Positions 51,300 through 63,201 of a stretch of 64,000 bases of DNA are shown here, piece after piece. The stretch spans positions 42,718,001 to 42,782,000 of the forward strand of contig NC_087249.1 in the NCBI RefSeq assembly GCF_037042905.1, read 5' to 3'. The notes below the pieces were generated by a model. It worked only from the letters and a program-made list of their open reading frames with translations. It did not search any database and was not told where the DNA came from. Position 1 is the first letter of the stretch; each line of letters begins with the position of its first letter. The position numbers and the translations under genes are program-made. This DNA is from Lytechinus pictus (taxonomy: Eukaryota).

Positions 51300-53988
51300 C
51301 TGGAACAATAGGGCTTCGAAGGTCTAAAGGTGTGCCAATCTATGCTTGAATAAAGACGGAGAGGAAGCCTAAATTGAATAGAGGGAGGGTGGGAGAACGA
51401 GAATAAAAGCAATGTGTGCTTGCTAAGCGTTGCAGGCCATCCGGAGATTGTGGCCGTATGAAGGCCAACCAGCCGTGTGTGAAGCGGAAAGCGATCGCAG
51501 GCGACTGCGGTCGCAAACACGGAGAGGGGACTTCGGAGAGGTCAACATGATAAAGAACTTGGGCTTGCTCATTCGCACAGGAAATGCCATGCACTAATTC
51601 AATAAATTCAGAGGCATTTCTGTTTTCGATCTTCATGTCTGTTTGAAAAGACGTTGAGGATTGAAAATGAGGTTGGGTCGATGAGTTGAGGGACAGTGGG
51701 GCATGGATAGAATGGAACACTTTTGAACATACAATGAGAAGCCCAATGAATTGTGATTGGTTTGTCATCGCTTTTTCCTCCAGAGAGATGAGAAAAAGCT
51801 AGAATGAAATATTCAAATGGATTTCCCCTCATTTATTTTGACATAGGGCATAGGCCATCGGGTAGTGCTGGAGCCTGTTACGTAAGCACCCCTGCCAAGA
51901 CGGCGTCTTTTCAAATCCACTAGGGTATCGCGTTTGGAAATGATATACCGCCATAACGTATCAAGTGTGTGGGGGCCCCAGATAAATTATATACTCCCGT
52001 CGATGGTTAGACAAAAACAAAATTCATGAAAATCAAAGCGGAATAATCTTCAACCGGGAATTCCCTGCTTTAACCGTGGACCGACATGTGGCTATTTGAT
52101 CCAATCCCGCCGCTAATGAGTGGTGGTTTGTGCTTTACAGTCTGGCAAGTACATGGACATTCAAAACCTTTTACTACCATTTTTATGGTGTGACGGCTGG
52201 GGAATTCAATATGTTACAACTTTAAAGTTTTTAAATGTCCAATAAGTCACTAGCTTGGACCTGCCCTGTATTATCCCATGGACCTATTTCGTAATAGGTC
52301 CATGATTATCCATGCTTCGGGATTTAATCTTGATAAACCCAACACATAGATAAGGTTATGGGCAACCCAGCCCCCATACATCTGGTTTATGCTTAGTGGA
52401 AGGTTCCTGTTTACTCTGGTCCCTTACTAAACACTCCACGACCCCTCGAACAATATGGAGTCTCAAACTAGTCCAATAGACAAAATATCTTTTCTCCAAA
52501 AGCGTTACCAGTTTTATGTACACAACACACAAGGAGAAGATGGTAGCGATCTCAAAACCCCGCCATCTTTCCTTCACCATTCTCAACCGATAGAGCGTAT
52601 TGCATCAGCTGAATACTGATCGCGCGAGAGAAGTGCGATTAGAGATATCGAACGTACGCCGTATATGCGTAAAAAAAAAAAAGAGTACATCGGCTGTGAT
52701 AGAACTTCACCGTTATCTGTTCTACCCATTTGTCTAACTCTGGCCCCAAGCTAGTTCATACAAGGTCTATAAATATTAATAGGCCATCACGGCTGATATG
52801 CTATCTCGTGTCAAATTGCACACATTATAGCAGAACGAACTTGCATAACGTTACCTTACACTGTGCATGCGTTGTCTCTTTGGGGGTCCTTTAGAAAATA
52901 ATTTGTTAAGGGATAATACTCATCACTTTTGAATATCAGAATGCCTTACAATAAACGTGACACTATATTCACTTCTACTAATGATGTTGTGCACATCATG
53001 CAATGTAATGTCATCCACTGAACAAAATAATACCTGTTTTCTGGGTGACTTCTGATATACACATTACACAATACATTATGCAAATGTACATCGATTTAGG
53101 TTAAATAGAGATGTGACAAAGTATAGGCACATTATTCTGAATCTAACTCTTTCAGAAAGAATATATTTTCTTCCATACATTGTTCCATAGTCCATAGCAT
53201 CATAGAACCAATCAATGTTCTTGTAAATCAATAGAAACAAAAAATGTACAAACTCGTTTTCCTCTTTCATTAAATTATTTTAGTATTTGAAGCTCTATAA
53301 TAAATTTAAACATTTAGCACACTACATGAATAACAAATTTTTGATGTATATTTGTAGTGGCTCATTTATGTCTTAATTGCACCTATTTCGAAATACATGT
53401 ACATCCCTCATCCTCACTAGTTGTTGGACAACACACTGTCTACCAGGACCGTGAGTCAGACCACCTTATTTGGTAGGGACTGCACAAATACAAAACAATA
53501 CCATCATGAAGGGACTCTTGCAGTGTCTTCTGGCGACTTGGAGACGTCTTCCTGCAAGCTTCATGAAGCCAGGCCAAGAGGCACTGTTGTTGTCTACTAG
53601 TACCCCATTCTTGAAGCCTCGCCTCTCCTGCAACCCTTACCTTACTGGAACTGTTCGGTGGTCGATAATGACCCTATCAAGCCACATCTCAGAGATGTGA
53701 CGAGAGATCATGGTAAACATTTCATCGTCCTGAACTGCTCTCTGCAGAATTCCTCTCCAACAGTTCCAGGGTTGATTTTGCAGCTCTCCTGGATTGTGCA
53801 GGTGTGTAATTGTAGAGGTCCATGAAGACCACGATGCCAGTATAACATCCACAAGATACGATGTAAGAATCATCCATAATGTTGAATGCACGAGCCTTCT
53901 GCAGGATGCACCGTTCTCATATTTGACTGTCATCTTGTTGAATACAAACATGCAGCTAACATATAAAGATTTGGGGTGTTGCTTACTC

Positions 53989-54813
53989 TCATAACGCGTC
54001 ATATGCTTCACCGTTCTCCCATCTGCTGCACTGACATCCTTGTCTTCCCTGAGAATGGCATTGTCTGTAGGCTTCGAGTGCTCCTCGCCCAGGAAGGTAA
54101 CAACATAAACAAGGCAAGCATAAGGACAAGAGACTCAAGCAAGTCCATCTAGTACATCGTAAGTGAGGCCGACAGGAGCAAGGGTCATCAGTACAATAGG
54201 CGTACTCTCTGTCTGATTCTCTTGCACAATGATAAAATAAGCTTTTTACGCATGTCATGCATGTACAGCAGTTTAGAACACACTCCGGAGAGCATTCGCA
54301 CCTTCCGTTGCAACACCACGTACTTGGTAGTCTATTGCTATTTCTGCACTTCTCACACCTACAATAACCACACTGAGGGCAAGGAAATGGATCCTTACTC
54401 AGTTTTTCTTCTCCTTTCCCATGAAATTCACCACGATGTGTCGGTGTTATCGGTGATGACTGTTCGCTTTTACCTTTAAGTTTCTCGTCAGGTTTTGATT
54501 TCACAACTCTGAGTACTTTCGCTTTACCTTTGGGGTCCCTGATCACAATGAGATCACTTCTTGGATGCCCTTCATCTCCAGAGTTCTCAGCAGATCTTGA
54601 GTTTGGCGATTCGTTATTATTCCTACCATTTAGTCTATCGTTGTTGGTGTCCACGTATTCATTAGGTCGCGCCTCGTCTCCAGTAGCTGACCTGAGCGTC
54701 AGAAGATTGCGATTACGCCAGCCTTGTGGTAGCAGGATAGGGATTGATCCTGTCGGCGAGCCGTGTACAGACGTGGGCTGCCGTACTACCAAATCTCCAC
54801 CATCTTGGGCCAT
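53989..54813 (-). CDS. spry: Sprouty (RTK/ERK signalling antagonist), single coding exon, 274 aa
   Basis: ORF 53989..54864 encodes a C-terminal Cys-rich SPR domain (CPQCGYCRCEKC...LPSTWCC...CTCMTCVKSLFYHC...DDPCSC...RWTCLSLLSLCLPCLCCYLP) and the N-terminal c-Cbl-binding motif PNEYVD. Counting from ATG 54813, the Tyr is residue 53, matching vertebrate Spry1/4 Y53 and Spry2 Y55. There is no EVH1 domain, so it is not Spred. A polypyrimidine acceptor (ttttgctttctctgcag) puts the exon start at 54849, just upstream of the ATG, as in vertebrate Spry genes. Confidence 0.93.
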   Translation of the reverse strand: MAQDGGDLVVRQPTSVHGSPTGSIPILLPQGWRNRNLLTLRSATGDEARPNEYVDTNNDRLNGRNNNESPNSRSAENSGDEGHPRSDLIVIRDPKGKAKVLRVVKSKPDEKLKGKSEQSSPITPTHRGEFHGKGEEKLSKDPFPCPQCGYCRCEKCRNSNRLPSTWCCNGRCECSPECVLNCCTCMTCVKSLFYHCARESDREYAYCTDDPCSCRPHLRCTRWTCLSLLSLCLPCLCCYLPGRGALEAYRQCHSQGRQGCQCSRWENGEAYDAL

Positions 54814-57800
54814 GGGTGTAACATGTGGCAGCTCTGTTCGCCATAAACTCTGCAGAGAAAGCAAAACAGAATGAAGATTTAATTGACAGACTACTTATAT
54901 CGACTTAATTGGAAAGAGAACAGAACAAGTTTAATCAAATGACACATGACGTTGTGATTTGCTATGAAACAGAATTACAGATGTGCAAACATTGTAGTTA
55001 CCGACATGTACAGTATCAGTATTCTGGGCTATGCAACTATTGCAAGATGAGCAACACCCCCCCCCCCCAATTGACAAGAAATGTATGCATCGCAGGCCGC
55101 AGGTTTTTTGACAAAAACTGCATAACAGCAAATTGACTCGCTTTTCCATCACCTAGTACAAGAATAGGGCACATTGTATGATGCATTTCTATAGCATCCA
55201 TAGATGTATGTTGTTTTGACTCGCATTCTTCCTGGCGTTCCTCTAGGAAAAATTCCAGAGATTCCTAGGATTAGCGAGCGATAAGTGTTTGGTCAACAAG
55301 CCGGATGACCAATGGCCTTCCTAACCAGACCAGTCAGCGGAGGGCAGGCAAAGGGAAATAGGAAACGGAGGGACAGAGAAGAGGAAGAATAACGATGTTT
55401 TACTATAGATCAAGGACAGACAGCCCTTTGAAGGTCATACATGTATATATCCTTAAAATAATCAGCCACATTTATAGAGAAGCTTCATCAGTCCAACCAC
55501 TGTATCTTATGGAATCACCGATTTATTGGGTAGTCTGGACAAATCCGGTGGAAGAAATTTCCAAAAAAGGTCGAACTAAACAATCAATATGAACTTCAAA
55601 GATGGAGATAGATTCCTAGTACGTTTATACTTAAAACGCCACCAAGTCGCCGTCTACATGATCTACAAATTTATGTCAGTTGGTGATTTCCTATAGCGAG
55701 CTACAATAAATCAAAATGACCTGTAGCATTAATTTCATTCCCGAGAAAGAATTGCTTTTTAGAAAGGTATTCATTTGAATAAAGTTTTCCTGCAAGTCTT
55801 ATACCACCTACATACTGCAAATAACATCGAAAATATGGTTTCATGGTAAAATTATATGCAAAAGGTTGATTGGTCACGTAACTAAGACAATTAATGTTTA
55901 GGCTATTACCAAACGAAAGCAATAATGAAAGCCTTGCCGTTCATAACTAATGTTCATGCAGAACTGTAAAAAATGTATACGTATAAATAACCGTGATAGG
56001 ATGCAACATTTGGCTGCTCGCTTATCAGTGGAATAGGCAAAGTGTTTGTTATGAAGCGCTGCACAAAGAAATGCGAAAAACAGATTAGGAGAAAAAGGGA
56101 AAGAAAAAAGAGAGCTCGTTTTGGTCCGGAAAGGGACGATTTATGACTGATGTGCTTGCTCGCTCGCTTGCAATGCCCGAGGCGAGTGTTCGTGTGATAA
56201 ACGTCGATCAAATTACATGTAAGATTCGAAAACACGCACACACTGTCCTCGTGAGTTCACACTCATATACATGTGTATTTGGGAAGATGTAAACATTTCC
56301 TCTTTATGTACACTTTATTCGTTGCTTTTGGCACATTTATCTGTGCATTACACAATAATTTTTTTTTCGCGTGTCGAGAGAAGTATGTAAGGAGTTTTGC
56401 ACAGCAAGTCCTTTAGAGGGAAAGGTTTCTTTTGCGCCTATTTTGCGGAAATTTTGAATGTAGGTGTATCAAAATCTCAAAATTCACAAAACTATTTAAG
56501 TTGGTAATCGCAAATCCCCTTCAGAATTGAACTTCGCAAACTTAGATCCTAAAACATTTTAAGTTCATTTAGTCGATAAGAAAAAGGGGTGAGGGACAAG
56601 CCATCCGCATCAGATTCTATATGCAAAGTATATAAACGATGACAACAGATTTCCCAGAGAGTATTTGGGAAATGTAAATTTTGGCGGAAGTACAGCCGAA
56701 GAACGTGCTCTGACTTTGATTTTTGACAGGTGCGGAAACGAAATATGGTCCTTGAGATCTTTACACCTGTTAACATTCTGTACTGAGATCTCGGAACGGA
56801 TCGTAAGAAAGGCAGAAATTCCCATTCAAGGACGACTTAAATCTGCCCTATAATCTCGATATCATATGCCAGAAGTACTCGGCCCTCTCACTAGTCGGAT
56901 CTCCGTTACCGATGCCACCCTACAAAAAGTGCGTTATGCACGACAGTTGGCTCCATATTTCAAAATGAGGGGTGGGGCTGTGTCGTAGATGCAGTGTAAG
57001 CACACCCGAGACAGTTGTAATAGAATATAGGTTGAAATACTTGAATAGTTGAACTATGCGGACCGTGAAAGCATGCTGATCAACGAACACCATCACATTC
57101 ACGCGGTATATTTTTTAAATCATTATTTCTACCGTCAATAACCGTAAAAAAGCAATATGGAAAAAATTATGTACACGGAGGAAATTTGTCATAGGAAAAA
57201 TATAGGTAGTATTAATAATCTGCCAGTAATTTTCTTTCAAAAGACCTATCCGATGAGCTGGGGTTAATCTACATTGCAGGTAAGGTAAACCTCTGCGAAA
57301 TGACCCTGAGGGAGAGAAAAATCAATGTTAGCTTGAGTTTGAACAAGGCAACGGCCAAGAAAATATGCACGCACTAGAAAATACATCCGGTGTGAACTTG
57401 AGAGACTCCAAGTTGAAGACATAGCTGGAAAACCCATCAGGATTTCCAAACAGAGAAAGAAAATGGAACGAATCAACGGCTGCCCAGTGTGACCAACGGG
57501 TACACCTCACGGTACTGAGACAAATACTCACTTTCAGACAACTTGGGAAACGGAAAAATGGTGCGATTGTCACGTCAACAGTTTAACGGCTTCATACAGA
57601 ACGTTGTATCTTTGGATGGATGGCCCATGCATGCAGTTCCATGGATGAACTATGCAGAGCCTCCAAAATGTGGTTCAAGTAAAGTTATAGAACAAACATT
57701 TAATAAATGCGCCATTTTTTCATTGCACGTTTCTTTTTGTATTAGAAATATCAAGACATCCTGAGGAAACTGAATTTACAACTTAAAGTAGTTTTATCGT

Positions 57801-58806
57801 GTAGGCTATTTCCAGATGTCGCACAATTCAACTTCACATCGTACACTGTACTATTTGTAGGCCTTACGTACATGTAGGTACACCAACTACACATGGTACA
57901 TCTCCAAGTTTATCTCCCAAGAACGTGCATATTAGAATGCAAGTTTAGATGATTTAACTTCTGTTGTCCAATATTGTGGAATTGGAATAGCGCGGTTGAG
58001 GCAGAGGTGCAATGAAGCCTACGTATTGCCAATAACTGATGCATTTTCCGGGCATGGCTTTGCATTGGGGTCTGACATTACCCGGCATCGCCCTGATAGG
58101 GAAAATGAAATTCATCGCAGCTAATTCAATATTTATATCAATTGGTCACGCAAGGTCACGTTTTAATGGCAGACATGTTATAAAACAGCCAATCTTCGTG
58201 TATTTTCGTTTTTCAGTGCGACTCAGAATTGATTCACTATTCGAATTCACGCATCTACAATGCAGATGGAGAATTGCCTCTCTTCCCTTCTTGAAGAGGC
58301 ATGTGCATGTAAACGTACCGACACCAATTTCTACAATTACTCCTGAATAAGTCAAAAAAATATATTGGGTAATGCCAATCTGTGACCACAACTATTAACG
58401 TCAGATCCAATGGCATATATCAGTCAGAATGCAGCCAGTTTGTATCTGTTCCGTTGCTGTGACTGCATGTATCAGGGTGTAAAACTGTTTCGTTCAAAGT
58501 TAATATATTTGACGATAATGATAGTGCTCTGGGTGAATACATAATGCTGCACAAATTGTACATGATGTATTCAACTACAAATTCACGATCAATTATATAA
58601 ACTATGAACCACAAATGTTACACCTAGCAAATTAGTCTAGTATTGAGACTCTAGTAGCGCAATGTTTAACAGACTCAAATTTTAGAATCCATTTGCTCTT
58701 TCAGTATATACATTTACATAGATTATAATTATAACATGTCATTTTTCAAATGAAAATGGAATAAACGACGCAAAATATAATATCAAAACTTCAAATCCTA
58801 CCTTAA

Positions 58807-59390
58807 AGGAGAATGAAACTCTTGGAGCAAGTTAGCTTTTGTGAAAGCAGAAAAATCAAAGAATAAGATCAACAAAAGTTTGAGTAAAATAGGACTAGCA
58901 ATAGAAGAGTTATGAGCATTTGAATGTCTAGATCACTAATGCTATGGAGATCCTCCCATTGGCAATGCGACCAAGATCTATGACGTCACAGATGAACAAC
59001 TCTCCCCTTTTGGACACTGAAAATATACCCCAAAACATCTATTTTTGCTCATTCTAATCATATGACAAACGATTCATCAATGATATAATGTTGTGAAACC
59101 TCTGTACTTGTCCTCTCATAAAGAGAACACCTCACCTTGTGATAGACTCTATAAAAGTGAGAATATAAGTGAAATAAGTACTAAAGTAATGAGGGAGTTG
59201 TACGTGTGTGACATCACAGATCTTGGTCGCATTGCCAATGGGAGGATCTACATGGCATTAGTGATCTCAATATTCAAATGCTCATAACTTTCTTATTATT
59301 CATTCAATCTTCCTCAAACTTTCAACAATATGTTTCTTTGATTTTTCTCTTTGATATGGATTCAGCTGGTTTCAAGGGTTTCATTCTCAT
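58807..59390 (+). mobile_element. TTAA-targeting (Kolobok-like) MITE family C, copy 2
   Basis: TTAA on both flanks; 584 bp; near-identical to 14924-15507. Confidence 0.85.
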
Positions 59391-62092
59391 TTAAATACTA
59401 TTTTACAGAGACCAGTTTAATTTAGCCTTTCGATCATCAATAATTGCGTTGATTCTGAGTATAACCTACATGATATGTAATGGGAAAACTTCTTAAACGA
59501 TTTGGCGCAAGAGAGGAACAGCATAAAATCAATGTAGGCGTACATTCTACCATAGAGCTCTTAATAGCTCCATGATTCTACCATACCCCATGTTGTAATA
59601 TAGGCCTACCTCTCTATGGAAACCAAACATTCTAAAAAGTAAAATTCAGTTTACAGGGTATTACATGTACGTATGTATACATGTATCTAATGCAGTCAAG
59701 TCTTAATTTAGTACATGTAGATCTGGCATTCGTACATGTAACTGGTGGTTCAATGGATTAACTACACTGTCTACAACTTCAAAAAACAAGTATCAGAGAT
59801 CGGTCCCACTTCATGTTTCATTAAATTTCACATTGACATTTCTACAATTAAAATTATGTACAGATTCAGTCTGAATGCATCTCATTTCGCTGTATTGCAG
59901 TGCACTAATGCTAAGACAAACATTGTATATTCGTCAGTTAATTGCGTGGAGTTCCAGTGTATGGGCACAGACGGGTATACTATGTACCGAGTATCGGCAA
60001 ACCCTCGTTTATTCCCCCAATGTCAAGGAGTTTCCAAGATCAACATCAGATATATATTGCGACTATTGCGGGTTATCTGTTACCCTCACCCCTCTAATTA
60101 CCTTGCTCAGCTTCCCGCAACATCCCCACCGGATGTTTGCGAACAAAGGGTGTTAAGTGGACCTTCTAGTATAGGTTTAAAACATGGCATTATAACCTGT
60201 TATTCTGCCTGTCTCCAATATCGACCCACGGCAAGCCGAGGAAAACCCAATTGACAGAGATCGAGAGCTGGACAATACCCGGTCGTTCTATAAACTTTCC
60301 CCGCTCATTCACTCAGAACAATAGGCTAATCGATGATTTTTTTTCTTTCTATTTGAGGGTCGTTCCTCAGAGCCTTGATTCAAGGTGAATTTCGCAACAA
60401 TGGACACCGTTTTCCCTGTCAAACGTCTTGCCCATCACTGCCCACTAATCACCCAGCCGCTTGACGGAGCCGTTTAGCTTGGCTCAATAATAGATTTATC
60501 AAGTCTTTAAACCTTGTTTTTTAAACCCCACTTGTGAAAAGGGGGGTCTCGCTCGCGATAAACCTTAAGAAATTGCTATAGTATAATCCTCCATAGAGGC
60601 CAAGCGAATTTAATGCGTTCAAATTGAAATAGGGTTTACATGGAAGAAGCAATAATTATTAATAGGCATGGAGAGAAGCTGTATTTTTTTTATCAGTTTG
60701 TAAAGCAGTGGATTATCTCATGATAAGCTCCACTCGCGATCTCGTCTTGCGGAAGGCTATAATATGAAATTGCCATCATCGTGCATCAGTAGACAAGTGC
60801 ACTGTGCATGTAAATGCAATAGTGAAAGCATGGTTATACTATACTAGTAACTAGTCCATGTTTATAGTATTCATCTTCATGGTTATAGTATAGTACATGG
60901 TATGGCACAAGACGCGCAGAGATGTAACTTGAGTTGATATAACTTCTGACTACGATAAATCGGTGAAAGGCAGATTGTACACGAGTCAGTCTTTAATCAA
61001 ACGGCGAATAGGCTGAAAATACCTTTAAATTTACAGAGGGGGGAACTACCCAAAAGTTGAAGCCATCATGATTTTCAAGAAGGCTTATAGAATTTTACTT
61101 TGCAAATACATATACGCAATTAACCATAAATTTTGCAATTATTACATATTCACATATTGTTTAAGAACAGGTTTAAATACACATATTTCTCAATGTACAA
61201 AACTACTAAATTTCATCGAGAATCGAGATTATATTACCAAGAGGACGGGGCTTTCAGATAACTGCTTACTACAAAATGCGATTTATATTAAAATGATTTT
61301 GCTTTCCCTACTTCATAACAGATCCATATAACCCAGCCACTTTTGAGGATTTCGGGGATATTTATGCATGTTCAAAACAATCACGTACAGTACATCACGA
61401 TCATGAACCATTCATCATAATGATGTTTACACTGCGTCATGAAACATTACTCTTCGTCAGTGGTTCGTGTCGAGTCTACAAAATGTTCCCCCAATGTTTA
61501 AATCATCAAATACAAACACATTCGGACGAAAACTCATATTTTTCAATCAAGAAGCGGGAGTGAATATGGCCGTCGGTGTACTGCAGAAAAGTGTAGCCTA
61601 CAATCTAAAACAGAAGGGTATAAAAAGTTGCCAACGTGTTCATTTTCTTGGGTTTTCTTCGTGGTTCTGTAAATAGAGGCTGCTGGCAGGCAACCCAACC
61701 AGCGTCAGAATGGCATGGTCATGGGATGGGAAAGATCAGGTTGAGGAGTTGGGGGCCAGGCCACGTGCACAGCGGTGCATCTTGATAGGTCGTCTCCCCC
61801 AAGGGGGGCTCGGGGTATGACATGGCTGCCGATTTATGATCGCCTGTGGGGGTTTCCAGCTGCTCCCGTTATTGGCGACTCTTCCCTCCCTACACATGTA
61901 CATCGGATAATGTTGGATTATTTGTTGATTTTCGATGGAACAGGACTGGTAGTACTTTTAGATATGCAGATGTAGGTTTTTTTCAGAGATGATTTAAACT
62001 GATTGCCCCGTTTTCAAAAGTACTTGGAAAGCTGATTAGAACCTGGCAATGAGGCAGTCTTTCTGTTCACCATTCTTAATGAATAATTTGGT

Positions 62093-62464
62093 AACATACG
62101 ATTTGATGAATATTATAAATCTGTAACCACGTCATGAGAGATAAAACATTGGTTCATTTCATTGTTGGACTTTTCTTCTCTTCTGCATTCTGCTTCTTCT
62201 ATTTTAGTTCCTTTCATTTCTTCGTCCATTTCACCACTTTCACTGAGTACAATATTCGTGAATCATTATTCACATATTTTTTTTTCCAATATAATTTGAC
62301 CAATCCCAGTATGGTTATAAATATAAGTATTACTCTACCCTCAAATTCAATATAGATTTAATAAAAAATATCATGTATACCGTCCTCTGGTATATTTGGT
62401 AACAACTAACATACGATTTGATGAATATTATAAATCTGTAACCACGTCATGAGAGACAAAACAT
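62093..62464 (+). repeat. Local ~57-bp direct duplication (62093-62149 and 62408-62464)
   Basis: aacatacgatttgatgaatattataaatctgtaaccacgtcatgagaga(t/c)aaaacat occurs twice, with one mismatch. Confidence 0.85.
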
Positions 62465-63201
62465 CAATGGGAATTCAATGAAATATTAATCATAACCATG
62501 GTCCATAATAACCAGTCATAACCATAATAACAATCTAGTTAAATCACCGTGCCAACAGATTCTGCATTAACGAGAATGCCAAGATTAAATGAAACGCAAA
62601 CTTTTTTTTTGAAGGGGGGGGGGGGGAGTCCAATTTGTCCAACTAGCCAAATTAATGAACAGAATTTATAATCCATGTCATCTGATATTGTTGTAATGTG
62701 TATGCAATATGGAATTCATGGAATTGGGTATGCTGGAATATTTGCATGTTTAGAACAAAAAGAGCAAGGGTATTTTAGCCACGCTGAACATTATTATGCT
62801 AACGATTAAGTTTCAACTTACATAAACTAAAGCATGTAAATAGTTAACTTCAATGTCTATGGCATGGGCATCATGTCATGGGCATGAATCATGATGAGGC
62901 AATGGCAATGCTCTCGTATTCATGGTATTGACGTAGTCATGGTCGTGCTTGTATCTTATCGCATAATATCAATGGGTTACAAAACTAAATACTACTTACT
63001 ATGCACCTGCAGTAAACGAATCCTCGCATGCATTTTCTCTTTCCCCATTTTTTTCCTTATGTTAAGCATTCATACATGGCACACAAATGCAAAGTAGGCC
63101 TAAGCTTGTATTTCAATGGGCATCCGCCCGCTTCGCGGTGGTGCTGGGGATAACTTATTTCGACGCGACCCCTACATTTCGGGTACCTTAGCCATACTTA
63201 C

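Noticed and set aside
54814-54864. N-terminal extension of the 291-aa Sprouty ORF (MLSLQSLW...)
   Set aside because: It starts at a TTG within the intron polypyrimidine tract. The acceptor at 54849 and Tyr53 spacing favour ATG 54813.
59745-60254. 169-aa plus-strand ORF
   Set aside because: GTG start, no recognisable domain or splice context; lies antisense in the probable sprouty intron.
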